Shown here one piece after another: positions 44,541 through 57,963 of a stretch of 64,000 nucleotides of DNA. Position 1 is the first letter of the stretch, and every line of letters starts with the position of its first letter. The notes under the pieces were generated by a model. That model was not told the DNA's origin and ran no database searches. It saw nothing but the letters and a program-made list of their open reading frames with translations. This DNA comes from Tubiluchus corallicola (taxonomy: Eukaryota > Animalia > Priapulida), in assembly GCA_030141605.1 (NCBI GenBank), contig JAQGDQ010000528.1, positions 1 to 64,000 on the forward strand, read 5' to 3'. The translations under genes and the position numbers were made by a program.

Positions 44541-44934
44541 ATTTGGGGGGGGGGGGATTCCCAGATTTTAGTTTCAGCTTAGGCTCAGTAGTACACGCTT
44601 CACTAGTTGTTGTTTCATCTCTTCATCAGATGTAGTGTTCTTACAGATCAGATCATGGATAAGAAAAAGAGGAAGATTGAAGAAAAACAGAGAGTTAAGA
44701 CAGATTAATATGCACTGTACTACACAGACTGTGTGATACACATTACTATTATGTATTGTAATGAAATTACCACTATCTGTTGTGAAAGTAGAATGGTTTT
44801 TAATATAAATTTTAATAACTTCTAAAATAGTTTTTTGGGTGTAGTAGTGCAGTAGTGATGATGTGCGCAGATCGCATGCAGAAAATTGTTATTAGGTCCT
44901 ACTGTACTTGGCCCCTTGATCTATTATTCTAACT

Positions 44935-45004
44935 GCTCGTGGCCCGCAGGAATTGCGGGAAAGTTTAATGTGGCCCGGCTAGTCAGATGATTTGCACACC
45001 CCTG
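44935..45004. mobile_element. hAT-like MITE terminus
   Basis: GTGGCCCG subterminal repeats and TTGCACACCCCTG end; partner end not found. Confidence 0.5.
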
Positions 45005-46956
45005 GTATAATGAATGACTTTAAATCCAAGTCGCTCCTCACACGGTTCATTAACTATGTAATTGACCAAATGCAGATGATGTTATAAGTGTAAGCAGGGA
45101 TTAGATCCCTGAGAATGCTAAGAACAGGTACTTTCCCGAGATTATCCTGATAGAGGTCGTCTACAGTGCTTATATAGTGTATACGTAATTGTGCACAGAT
45201 TAAATAGAAACTGACAATTACTACCGTAAAATCAAGGTGACGTCTAGCCTTTATTTTACATCATTACTGTTACTCAATCTCTAATTTTGTAACACTTTTC
45301 TAAATAAGTATTTGCATAATGATGTTTTAATCAGTCGTTCGTTGCCTTTATTTGATCTCTAGCTAGAAACAACAGTGACGATCAACTAAACACTAATTTT
45401 GAGAACATCCTTTAGGTACAAAAAAGCTTCAGTCTAATAATATTAAAATCCCACATTTCAAGAGCAAGCGCATGTCAGATAAATATTTTAAGTTCTCGAT
45501 AGTCATTGGCTATTATATAGCATAATGGTGATCATTGATTTCAATATGAAATTTAGTTGTTAATTTAATATTAATTGTTTGTGTTTTGTACTAAAAAAGC
45601 TCCTCCTTTCGTATAGTTACTTGAGTTGATGCAATAAAATTCGTGTTGTACTGTACAACCTGTACATGAAATGGCTACATCAAATTGTGTGATAAAGTAC
45701 AAGAAAATGGGAACCTGAAATAGGTTTCAGAAAAAACGCCTTAAAAATTATGTCACTTTACAGCAATTTTATGCTTACTTACTTCGTGCTCGCGTTAAAA
45801 TGAATTTTTGTTTGTTTTTATTTTAAATCTCTCGCAATACTGTTCCGATAATGTTAAATTATGCTCCAAAAACTTTCCATGCAAATTTATATTATTTAGC
45901 ATTTCGCTTACCTGCTGGAAAGACTTATCTAACTAGATATAATAATTTAAAATGTTCGTGCAAATTGGTAAAATGTCGCTTTTTCACCCAGGGTGCGCCA
46001 CTCACTTACTTAGCAGCATCTGTGCCACAAATGCTATGATTATTTTTTCAAATTTGACTCAGTGTTGTCTAAACTTGTTTCAAACGATCTACCATTAAAA
46101 TGGCTCCCTCTAACTGGCTTTGTTGTGCTTCAACATTTTGACGTATTATAACTGGACGTGTGACTCAGATTAAAATGTACAGCTCATTACAGGCGGTCAT
46201 TATTACCACAGCAGCGATTTTAGGTATATCAAGCTGTATCTTGTAAAGTGTTAATCCCTGGCAGTAGGTACTGTGACATATTAGCCCTTGCTTTAAATTA
46301 TCAAAAGTCAACAAACCATAGCACAATAGAAAAAGTAAACATTGACAGTGGATAAAAAAAAGTTTTGTAACAGCCATACTGAGCGCTCTAACTATTCTAG
46401 TGTTAATGCCAATTCTTAGTGTTATTGTATTAATAGCAATTTGCTGCAACTATGCAATTGTTTTGGATTTTGGCCAAAAATACGATATTGGCGGATGATA
46501 CGATAATTTTAAGCCTCCATTGCGATATTCAGCATCATACAAAACGACAACCCAGTAAAGCAAGTCCATCTTTCTGTGAATAGTGGATAAAATCAACAAA
46601 TAAAACACCGGACACCTTGTTAAATCTTAACTCAAAATGATCTACTGAAATACCGAAAGGCAAAATAGCGTTACGAAGACGGATTTTGACAAACCCCTTA
46701 ATGTTACTAAAGAGTATGGTTGTGATGCCAAGTAATTCAAATGTACGTCTGGTGCAAATTGTAGTAATTGCACACAAGCGCGAGTTGAAAGGTTAAAATG
46801 ATAACCACATTTAATACTAAAAAGATGCACGAAAAGAACTCATCAATCAAAAATTATACAATATTTGTTCATGTAGGCCTACAATATTCATTTAATAAAT
46901 AATGTTAGGGTAATGTAGGGCTATTAAGCAATTATACCTGGTTATGGGTCACCTCA

Positions 46957-47346
46957 GTGACACAACTTAAACCTGACCCAGCCTAGGTGACACAACTTAA
47001 ACCTGACCCAGCCTAGGTGACACAACTTAACCCTGACCCAGCCTAGGTGACACAACTTAAACCTGACCCAGCCTGGATGACACAACTTAAACCTGACCCA
47101 GCCTAGGTGACACAACTTAACCCTGACCCAGCCTAGGTGACACAACTTAACCCTGACCCAGCCTAGGTGACACAACTTAAACGTGACCCAGCCTAGGTGA
47201 CACAACTTAAACCTGACCCAGCCTAGGTGACACAACTTAACCCTGACCCAGCCTAGGTGACACAACTTAACCCTGACCCAGCCTAGGTAACACAACTTAA
47301 ACCTGACCCAGCCTAGGTGACACAACTTAACCCTGACCCAGCCTAG
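46957..47346. repeat. 30-bp minisatellite GTGACACAACTTAAMCCTGACCCAGCCTAG x13 (in CHST intron)
   Basis: Tandem array. Confidence 0.97.
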
Positions 47347-48811
47347 CTTAAATGCAATGTTGACTTTGACGGGCGAATTTTGTGCAGAACCTATTAGCGT
47401 TAAACTTAATAAACTGGGTACCTGATCTCGCTACATGACACGCTAATATCGCTAAACAGAAAAAATAGTTCGGGTCTAACGTTGGGAGGTTGATAAATTT
47501 CTTTGCATTGCACTAGAACTGTTTGACTCCAGGTATTGGTTGTCAGTCACATCAACAAGCAAATGCTTGGCTTTGTCTGTACGTATTGATGATTATAAAT
47601 TACTAATGAACGATGACAAAGCCGAATTATTGATTTTACGGCCACACCAATCCATAGTAAATGACAGAAACTCTCTGTGCAAACAACTAAGGCCTAATCC
47701 AAATAAAAGATAAATCTATTAAGGAAACTACTAATGCAAACTTTTTTGGTACGATAGACACTAGAATGCAGTGGAATTTCCAGAGGAATTTTGGCTAATC
47801 TTCAACCTTTATTTGACCGTAGCGAAAATTCCTGCAAGAAAAATTGTCCTTATCAATTCAAAATCGTAATAATAAATTCCACATTCTATTGCCAAATGCC
47901 CAAACTCACAGATATAGCACTCGCCACGAGTGCTTACCTAGGTGCAACACAGAGAGATTCGAGAACAGTTTTATCTCACAAAATGGTTTATTTAATTTCC
48001 AAACGTAAATTTAGAGTCATTTAAATTTATTTCGTTCATGCATCTTGTAGCAGTGTAACAGTGCTTGTCGCTATATGTTCTACTTTGCTTATTATTTTAA
48101 ACATTTTATATTTTGCGATTTAATTTTGTGCTGTAGTTCAACCGTTTAGTTGTAGTGATTAGAAATAAACTTATTACGTCAACTGAGCTTGAACTTTATT
48201 TTGAACAAGTTTCAGAAAATTTAATTAAGAAAAGTACGTAGAAGCAGCTTGATAAAACAAAACAGAATTATACAAGTCAACTGCCTAAAATACCAAATGA
48301 AAAACAATTGTAAACCTTTGGCTTAGTACAAAAATTAAAATTCATTCCAGCAATTATTTTTAAATAAACAATATAGAAGATAGATAGAAGGAGATGATCT
48401 CCAGGGAGGAGCGTCTCTGTGTCTACAGAAGAGATGTCCAGAAGAGAAGGATGAAGAACACATACCGTGTCATTGTGTGAAAACTTGACACTTTAGAGAA
48501 CTTTCTAACAACTTGACTTTAGTAACATACAGTCATTATAATTACAGTCATTTTGTTTATGAGTGTTTTAGCATTATCAAGTGACTACATTTTAACTAAC
48601 CTAATTTTTAGTTTTTGAAATTGTTTGTAAATGTTGTGATTGGACTGTCACCAGTCAATAAATTTACTACTTGAATTATAAAAGCGACTGTAATGAAGGT
48701 TTCAGCGCCAATCTTAAACTAACAAAATTATGATTATTTTTATAAAAATCAATTACTAGCAAGTCTAAGGATGACAACAAGTTTATTTAAGAACAAGTTA
48801 GCTTAGCTTAC

Positions 48812-48962
48812 CATTCAAAAGTTTTTCATTTTTGCCAGCAAACTTTGTGAAACTGAGTTCTTCCTTTGACTTTGCAGTAATAATAAAGCACACGTAAGTA
48901 ACAGAAGCAATGAGTGCACCGGAGAAACAAGTACGTAACACTGCAGTTTTTCGTGAAAACAT
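48812..48962 (-). CDS. Carbohydrate sulfotransferase (CHST1/3/5-like), coding exon 1: cytoplasmic tail, type II TM anchor, stem
   Basis: MFSRKTAVLRTCFSGALIASVTYVCFIITAKSKEELSFTKFAGKNEKLLN. 151 nt, ending in phase-1 donor G|gtaagc that matches the phase of the catalytic exon. Confidence 0.8.
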
Positions 48963-50383
48963 CAGGTAAGGTACTACAAAATTATAAGCAGCAAAGTTTT
49001 TCTTGGTTTTGCTTCACCCTACAGATATAAAGGTGACAATATGGAGCGTTGATATGGTGGATTCACGTACGACGCCAAAAAATTGCTTGTAGAGACGAGA
49101 CGCTAAACGCATTTGCGAATGAAATCTTACTTAACGGTTCTAAGCTATGCGTACGCAAGTCTCTTCCTTGTTACGATTTTAAACTACGTGTTATGTGAGA
49201 CTTGCGTGACGATTTTCAAGCTCCTCTTTGTTTTTGAGAATCACAGCTAAACTTTGTGTTGTTCAGTATTCTCGTTAACTTTGTGCCTTTTAATAATTTT
49301 ATGTATTTATTTATCGAGCAGGTCACAAGAATTAATAATACTCAAACTGTTAAAATCATTATCACAGGTTTAAGTAACAGGGATGCTGTGAATTGTGATT
49401 AAATTTAAGGCTGAAAGAGGAAACGATGTAAATAAACATTGTTCAATATATTAACATTGTTGCAGGTGTTGTTGATGTTTTGCTTCGTCACCCCTTCCCA
49501 TGCATTAGAAGCGGCAATATATTAGACTGTAGTATTATGAACTAGACTATTTTCCCATTCTTATATTCTATAGGCATAACTTGTTGTATAAACACTTATG
49601 TCATTTTTGAAACTTAAGCTGTGACTTGGCTGCAAGCGGCAGACTTTTGTTGACCGTCTGGCACTTCTGGACTCAATATTGGACCAACAGTGAAGGTATA
49701 TGCATTCTAACTTTCTAGGGTGACGTTGTAGCGCATACTTCAGTAGGGCCATTAATTTTAGCTAAATCGTATATGTAATAGTTTGTAGACTAAAGCAAAT
49801 ATGCGTTTTTGCCGAATAATCAACTTGGCTATAGACACGCAACACTGGCTTGAGCGTGGAAACTACAAACATGATTAGGCAAACTTCTAAGAATTCAGAA
49901 TTTCTGTTCACCAAAGTTAGATATTAAGCTTATTTTAACATGCAGAGGCAGTAAAAAAAATTTTATTGCAGACAAAAGGTTATTCTGTTACGTGGTTATT
50001 TGGTTTACTCGGCTACTTGGCTAACTTGTTGGTCATGACGTTTTGTCGACATTCTACAAAACGTCATCTCTACAAATTCTCACACTACATATTTATATCA
50101 TTCTTTACAAAAATCCTAAACACATGCGTAAGCACTTGTGTATCTATTTTACTTTATTTAATTTTTCTGTAATAAGAATCTCATTATAAAAATAAATAAA
50201 GCAAAACCCCCAGTTTGGCAATCAGCATTTTATTTAAACTATGCGATAAAATAACAATAATTACATTTAATTTTAAGTGTTTAATTGCACAATAAAATTA
50301 ATATGGATGAAGCCATAACAACCATGACAGTATCACCTTCTTATTTTAAATGCCTAATGTTTCCGTTAATCTTGATCGTATAG

Positions 50384-51467
50384 TGTAAGGTGACTTAAAT
50401 CTATATATCATATAGATAGAATTTAATATGTCCGCTTAATTTCTAATTGCTATAAGGTGAATTCTTCACCTGACTTCGAGGGCTTTAGATTTTAGTCTAG
50501 TAAGCAATGATCGTCTTATCTAAACTTCACCTTGACCTTCGCGTTGTGAGAAAGGTCTATTTCCCTCAAGTTTCCTAGCGACGCTCCCACAATATGAGCG
50601 CTAGTTAATTCAAAGCGAACTAATCAGATTCGTATATCGGAAATAGTGTTGCTTGAGTTAAACACTCTGATAACATACATTAACTCAATCGTTAAATGTC
50701 AAAGAGAATTGCTTTATTGATTTACAATAATTACTGCTTCTAGATAGCTTACAAGATTAGTTCTTATGCGCTTTTGACGCGTACAACTAGTTTATAGCTT
50801 CCAAAAGTATCTCTCTGAACAATTCTTCAATTCTATCACCTAAGGTGTACTCTACACTTATCCTATAGTACAATGTGAACTTATGCGAAATACAGATATG
50901 CACAGTTAATTCTCAGTTTACCAATGTGTTAAGATTACTTAACTCTGCGGATTGGCCACAATGTACCCAGTACAATTTGGCCAACTCCAATAGTTGATAT
51001 GAGACTCTCGTTGTCCAGTGCCTAGATTATCCTAGGAACGCAGAAAGATGTCTACGCTGAACTTCTCAAGTTGTCCCATCTCCTATGTCAGGTAGCCCTC
51101 CGTGTGTTTTGCCGCACACACTGCACGTGTCTCGTCCAGTACGACCGGGTGGAACGAGCGCTGGGTTATTCGAACCCGTGGCTTATATTTCATTGAAGTA
51201 ACCTCGCAACAACCTTGCACGATTACAACGTCGCACGCAACATTAAAATTTATTGGACAGTTGAGAGGACATAGTCATCGTACGCCCGTAAAACTTATCC
51301 GTCCTCTTGTCTTCAAGAAACAGTGACCTCGCAGAGTTTTCGTTAATTACTAGTAACTTGTGCATATAGCTCATTATAAACGGTACATCCGTCTCAACCT
51401 AATATTAGCTAATTATCCTGAGCATCCTAGAGTGTCCTGACGTAAACGATAAAGTTTACTTCTTACA
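50384..51467. mobile_element. Possible solo LTR
   Basis: TGTAAG...CTTACA inverted termini around a ~1.1-kb block of distinct, more CpG-rich composition; no TSD found. Confidence 0.3.
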
Positions 51468-52472
51468 TCCTACGCTTTCACAGCTCATTAAATTCGAGCT
51501 TAACAGCTGAATGAGTTCCATTGCACCATCTGTAAATTTATTCATGCAATCAGGGAGGCATGCGATTTCATACCAAAATATCGAAAATCATCGATTTATA
51601 AATTTATTCACCACAACAGGCCAGAATCATTGCGGAGACTATTGCACTCATTGCTTGTTGCAAAATACAATCAAGATGTAGTGTCGCTAAAGATATGTGT
51701 TGAAAGAGGAACGTCTGATAAAAGTTATTCAAGTAAAACTGTTTTTGTGGCTAATTCGTTGGAATGGCCCTATGGGCGTAAAACAGTGCAAGTAAAAAAC
51801 AAACAATAAATTTTTGTCAACATTCTGTTAAAACATTGTTCTTAAACCTGTTTTACGTGAAGTTTACATACGAAACCATTTTAGACACATCTTCACATCA
51901 TTTAGCAACATTCGTCTGTGTGCACAGACGTATTATTGCGTACGTTTTGAATTAATTTGACAAGTTGCTTACGTAATCATCACAATGCAACAATAGGCAC
52001 AAATAGAACAATGAAAAATTCCATATTCAATAAGAAAAGAATCAGAAGACTAAAGTTGTTATCAAAATGGTTTCCATTCGCCAATATCTTATCCAGGTTA
52101 ACTGTTAGTATTCTTTATTTTCCCTTCTGCTTTTACTTTTAGCTTTTCACTAACTTGTCTGCAGGCGAATTAGCAACATACAAAACATTTCTTAACGCGA
52201 ATGTTGTAAGAATATTCATATTAGACACTTGCATTATGACGTTTATTGCGTCTGATAGATGACAGAGTAGCTGCATAGTTGAAATGTCAAAACTTTTATA
52301 TGGTTAAAAGCTCACGACTTTCATGTCTGACTTATGTGCAGCCACGCATGAAATAGGACATAAAATGTGAAACAACATAAAAGTTAATCTTCGCTTAGAA
52401 TGTGGGTAACGTATATTCTATGCAATGTATGTAATGTTTCATTAGTCAGGCTTACTTCGAGCATCATGTTAA

Positions 52473-53184
52473 ATGCAGTGTGTATCGGACATTGAAATGC
52501 CAGCCTCAATAGTAGTTCTCTTTGTAGCTTCCCTGATATGCAACATGTTAACTAGGCTTAATTTCAGTCAACGTATCTTTCCTGTTTTAATGTTATCATG
52601 CTTTGGTTCACCAAAACTGGCAATTGACGTTTCCTCAGAAAAGACATTCATTAGTGCAAGATGGTCAGATGAAGTACTGGACAGCCATTGTGGTAGAGTA
52701 CTGAAAACATGCTTCTACGAATCAAATTCACCGTGTCGAATGCGCTGTGAGAACTTGTGGAATTCTGACCTTGCAGAAATTTCAACATCTTTGGGTTGGT
52801 TTACGGAGAAGCTGTCTCTTTACAAGATAAATGAAGAGGAGCTACCAGAAGGTTTCTTAGCTGGTGAGCAGATTGGGGTATTGGAGATACAGGAATCACA
52901 GCTCATGAAGCTGAAAGATGACAGTATCTACGCCAAAGCAGCCATTTTACGGTTACTCTGGAACCGCGAGCTGGAAACTATTCACGAAAGAGCTTTCAAT
53001 AAAATGGAGTTTCTGGAGCAAATTGTAATAGATGGCGCCCCGTTTCTGATGAAATCAGATTTGGACTTCTCTGGCAACCTGAATATTCGTTCAATTAGCA
53101 TTTCTAACACCGGTTTAGAGAACTTGAGGCGGTTTATTCTTCCTGACAATGTCTCTGCAATGATGATCGAATTTGCATTGATAG
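52473..53184 (+). CDS. Leucine-rich repeat cell-surface protein, coding exon 1 (hydrophobic N-terminus, Cys cap, ~6 LRRs)
   Basis: Long ORF with Cys-rich cap (HC...TC...PCRMRC) and LRR-like units LPEGFLAG, LETIHERAFNKM, IRSISISNTGLENL. Phase-1 donor ATAG|gtgggt at 53185. True start could be 52473, 52497 or a later ATG. Confidence 0.8.
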
Positions 53185-53339
53185 GTGGGTTAAAATGTTA
53201 AATTCACTTTTAGAAAAAACATTAATCTCAGAGATTTGGTTGCATTTGGGTTACATTACGCTGCTAAAGATTTTGTTCCTAGGCCATATTGGCACGTTTT
53301 AGATCAGAACAATAAAAAAATGATATGTCCAGACCACAA

Positions 53340-53745
53340 TCACTATGTTGTTCCAAAATTTTCTTGCTTAACAATGTCATTACGTCATCTAACAGCTTCG
53401 TGTTCAACATGTTGTTACATTAACCAACATTTCATTGCTTAACATGTCGTTATCTTTAGCCTTACTGTCCAGCATTGTGAAATTCGACATGTTGTTGCCT
53501 TGCCCACTATTTTCAAGGTCAACATGTCGTTACTTCGTCCAACATTTTCGTTGCTTGATATGTTGTTACCTTTTCGTTCTAACCTTATCATGTTTAACTT
53601 GTTTTTATTTTATGTAGCATTTTCACGCTTGACGGGCTGCCATCTTATCCAGAATTTGCATGCTTAATACGATTTTGTTTTACCCAGCATTTTCGTATTG
53701 AACATGACATTGCTCTATTCAACATTTTCGTGTTTGACATATTGA
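53340..53745. repeat. Degenerate ~35-bp tandem repeat in the LRR-gene intron
   Basis: Recurrent aacatgtcgtta...ccaacattttcgttgctt. Confidence 0.7.
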
Positions 53746-53906
53746 AATCTTATACATGGGAAGCATTCTTCATGCTTCATATGGTTGAAGGTAGTAGTAA
53801 CCTTCCTTTCTTTGCTTTTACAATCAACGTTTTTTTTGCTGTAATCATGTCAGACGGATTATCACGCAGTTTTTGAATTTTAACGATTATTTTTGATCAT
53901 TTCTAG

Positions 53907-54151
53907 ACAACAAGTTCGTGTGTAACTGCAGTATGGTCTGGCTGATAGAAGAAAGTTATCGTAAGAATGTCTTCGATTGTTTTCAGCCATTAAAGAAACA
54001 CACGGAAAATCCAATCAAACGGGATGAATTTGGCTGCCATCAAATTGGATATTTAAAAATCTCAAACGGAAACACACTTAGGAATTTGTTTATTTATCAT
54101 CTATTTAGTTTTCTTTTAGCAATTTTATCTTTTAGCTGTTGGATATATTAG
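53907..54151 (+). CDS. LRR protein coding exon 2 (LRRCT cap and hydrophobic C-terminal tail)
   Basis: Acceptor catttctag|. Splicing creates LIDNKFVCNCSMVWL (NPFxCxCxLxWL LRRCT motif) with two further Cys, then NLFIYHLFSFLLAILSFSCWIY* (GPI signal or tail anchor). Confidence 0.82.
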
Positions 54152-54949
54152 TTTGTATGCGAAAAGGAAATTTATAGGATCACGGGTTTCTTTCTGGACG
54201 TTGTTTATTTGTAGATTTTCCTGTCCAAGTGTAGTTGGTGCAATTCGCATTAGCAAATATCAATAACTGAATCCAAGTTACTTTGTGAATAGAATTTTCT
54301 GTTTTTTCTTCTAGGCCGCGTGCAGACATTTAAAAATTGCATGCTCAAAGGCTTGCATGACTTTTGTTTGTTAACAATTTTCGTAGTTCACAAATCACAT
54401 AAGTAAAAAAAAATACAATTAGTTTATTTTTAAATAACACAAAAATAATTGTGCAGTATCTCTAGGACCGCAGACCACAAAAATAAATGGGCAATGTGAA
54501 AAATCCCTTGAACAGCAAACAAAGTGGTTAAATAGAAACTGGTTAGATAAGGTATAAAGCTTTTTCTGCAGTTATCTTTATTTTAACAAATTCACACTAA
54601 CTCTCAAAATTATGGTACACTAACCCCAGCGCTTTGAATACTTTTAGAACTTATGTTCAGTTAAAGCAAGGAGACATAAGTTTTTAATTTTCTTATATTC
54701 TAGTCTCAGTGCATTTTCTTTAAGGGGAATACACACAGAATATAATGCATGTAATACTGAGTAATTATAGTTTAAATATATTGTAAGTTTATATAGCTAA
54801 ACAAGTGCTCATGGCTGCCACATTCGACGATTATAGTTCACAAACAGTTCGCGGTTCCACATTTTAAAATAACGAGATTGTATAATTCGTACAGAGTTGA
54901 CAATAATTAGTAGATGATTGTTATTCACAAGTTCCACACCACTTCAAGC

Positions 54950-56380
54950 TCAAAGTGCACAGCAAAAAATCAAAACTGCACAGCGAAAATTTAAAAGTGC
55001 ATAGCAAAAAATCAAAAGTGCACAGCAAAAAATCAAAAGTTTAAAGCAAAAAACAAAAGTGCACAGCAAAAAATCAAAAGTGCACCACAAAAAATCAAAA
55101 ATGCATAGCAAAAAATCAAAAGTGCACGGCAAAAAACAAAAATGCACAGCGAAAAATTAAAAGTGCACAGCAAAAAATCAAAAGTGCACAGCGAAAAATT
55201 AAAAGTGCACAGCAAAAAATCAAAAGTGCACAGCGAAAAATTAAAAGTGCACAGCAAAAAATCAAAAGTGCATAGCAAAAAATCAAAAGTGCACAGCAAA
55301 AAATCAAAAGTTTAAAGCAAAAAACAAAAGTGCACAGCAAAAAATCAAAAGTGCACCACAAAAAATCAAAAATGCATAGCAAAAAATCAAAAGTGCACGG
55401 CAAAAAACAAAAATGCACAGCGAAAAATTAAAAGTGCACAGCAAAAAATCAAAAGTGCACAGCGAAAAATCAAAGTGCACAGCAAAAAATCAAAAGTGCA
55501 CAGCGAAAAAACAAAAGTGCACAGCGAATAAACTAAGTGCACAGCAAAAAATCAAAAGTGTACAGCAAAAAATCAAAGGTGCACAGCAAAAAACAAAAGT
55601 GCACAGCGAAAAATCAAAAGTGCACCAAGAAAAATCAAAAGCACAAAATGTTAACCTATTTATGTAGAATAGTGCAGGTCTTTCTAATTTTAATAATATT
55701 ATTATATAGTATTAATAATAATATTAACATTAGAACGACCTGCACTATCTTAATACATTGCTGAAGTGCATGTAGCTTGAGGGAGACGTAAATTCTGTTG
55801 CGCGAGTAGCAAAATACTAAAATTCTGCTAAACAAATTAATTCATAGCCATTTTTAACTACCGGAAGACTTGGATCGCTTTTCTGAGCAAAGTTCCGATG
55901 AATGAGCTACTAAGATGTTAAACTACGGTTGCCACTCTCAAAAACTGAGAGTCAGTAGGTCGGTCAATTGTCACTAGTGAATAAGTAGCTTAGAAAGATA
56001 GTTAATAAATGAGTCAGCAGCATTATTTTTATTATTAGAAACTTAGCAGAGCGTCTAAAATTTAAGTTATTAAAAGTTTAACTAGCAGAATTTTGGTATT
56101 TGACTATTCGCGCAACAGAGTTTACCTCTCCCTCATGCCACATTCACACTCCACTACTGTTATAAACATTAAAGGCACCTTCACCTTTCTACATACAATG
56201 GTTAACATTTAGTGCTTTTGATTTTTTGTGCAATTTTCACAGTTCTGTGTTTACTTTTGACTTTTCGCAGTTTACTTTTGACTTTTCGCAGTTTACTTTT
56301 GACTTTTCGCAGTTTACTTTTGATTTTTCGCTGTTCACTATTAATTTTTTGCTGTTCACTCTTTATATTTTAGTGCAGTA
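54950..56380. mobile_element. Foldback-like element: long inverted arms with outer ~21-bp tandem subrepeats
   Basis: Left arm is (AAAAGTGCACAGCAAAAAATC)n at 54950-55640 plus unique sequence to ~55950. Right arm (~55975-56380) is its diverged reverse complement, e.g. gagggagacgtaaattctgttgcgcgagtagc vs ctattcgcgcaacagagtttacctctccctc, followed by the inverted tandem units. Confidence 0.75.
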
Positions 56381-56984
56381 ATTGTTTTCTAATGGTGTAA
56401 AAATAATTTGCTGGTGACGTCGTCTGTAGCAGTTATCAATATTAACTGGCTGCTGGCGCCACCTGTAGCACTGTGTACTAAATAAATTTGTGGCAAGTGG
56501 AATTTTTATAAAACTACTCATACATAATAGATTAATTTTTTAAAGAGACTTCACTAATTGTAAGAATTTCACTAATTAAGCCACCCGTGGATTTTGGATT
56601 TATACAGATTTTCTGAGCTCTAAAACCCCTAAAAAGAATTAACATGGTAATAAATTATTTGATTCTTGGAGAGTTGAAGAAAGGTGGGCGATGACAAAAG
56701 TAATAAAGTAATATAGAAAGTAAAATGTTCTTAATTAAAGTGTTATTAGGGCATTGCAGTAAAATCATTTGTTAGCCAGAGTCATACTCTACAGGAAACC
56801 ACACCAAGAGATCGTTGTTGTCTAGTACCTCCTGGTGAAGAGGTGACATCTTATTTTGTTGTTTATGATTGTTCTAAATGTAACAGATGCCATACTACAG
56901 AACTTGCTGAACTAGTGGTCTTCTCCTCTTTTCACCCCAATTTTGAATGGGAATCCTTGCTGAGGGACAATATAGGTTGCTAAA

Positions 56985-57135
56985 CCAGGCGGTATAGTCT
57001 ACTGGCGATGCGTCTGGGAGTGCGTGAGTTCAATGCTGCACCGGGTCATGCAAAATATGTTAAAAATAGTTTCTGCTGTTGCCCTGCCTGGCTTGGTGTA
57101 AACGTGGGGTAATAATAGTATCAGTTGTAGAATTG
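56985..57135 (+). mobile_element. Degenerate tRNA-derived SINE with Meta-domain-like core
   Basis: GGCGGTATAGTC...GAGTTCAAT head, then CCGGGTCATGCAAAATATGTTAAAAATAGTTTCTGCTGTTGCCCTGCCTGGC, resembling (from memory) the gggtcataccaaagactttaaaaatggtac core of MetaSINE-type elements. Confidence 0.45.
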
Positions 57136-57235
57136 TTATTTTCAGTTGGCAGAAAGCTCTTCAAGCTTAATTTAATTGTGAGTCCAGAAGCCGACTATAA
57201 ATAAAGATTAATTTTATTTTTTTACTATTAATATT

Positions 57236-57322
57236 ACTATTACTATTATCATTATCATCATCATCATCGTCGTCGTCGTCGTCATCATCATCATCATCAT
57301 CGTCATCATCATCACCACCATC
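57236..57322. repeat. (TAT/CAT/CGT)n trinucleotide repeat
   Basis: Direct inspection. Confidence 0.85.
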
Positions 57323-57963
57323 TACGGTTACAATTTATTAAAATCTGCACTTATATACAATAAGAAATTAAGTACATTAGTTTTTTCGTGGATCTGTGCT
57401 GCGTAAATTTTAGAATTGTGTTTAACTGTAAAAAAGACCTACTCGAAAAACAAAACCTAGATGCAATGACTGACTACACATTATAGCAATGATGCTTGCT
57501 GTTAAGGTCTGTCATGAAATTAATTGTTGCACATTGTCATAGATATGAGGGATTTTACCATAGTGACTGAGCTTTTTTGAGTGGTCTCTGGACACTGGTC
57601 AGACAAAATGACGCTCTGTCAGATAATTGCTACAATAGTGATGCGTGAAGCTTGAAAGTCACAAGACAAAAAAACTGTAGCCATTTGTTATGCAAATTTT
57701 ATTTAACACTCAACATGTTTATGACGACTATGTATTAATGCAGCTAGTAAGCTACGGCATTATACTGGTCATTTGTTTGCTGACTGTTACATCGAAAAAA
57801 TTACAGTTTAAAAACTAGCTTTTCTGCTGATGTTTGCAATTACGAAGCTAATTACTACTTTTGTAGCAAATGCATTATAATCACTAGAAATTAAGTCTAC
57901 TAATAATTATCATTTGCACAGCTGATGGCTGATCTCAGGTCCTCATATCCTGGCAGCTGGTAC

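Noticed and set aside
46954-47325. (CHLGWVRFKL)n ORF as an exon of the sulfotransferase
   Set aside because: 30-bp minisatellite. The two CHST exons already join in phase and give a normal-length enzyme.
54950-55764. Cys/Lys-rich ORFs on both strands
   Set aside because: Translations of the 21-bp foldback subrepeats.
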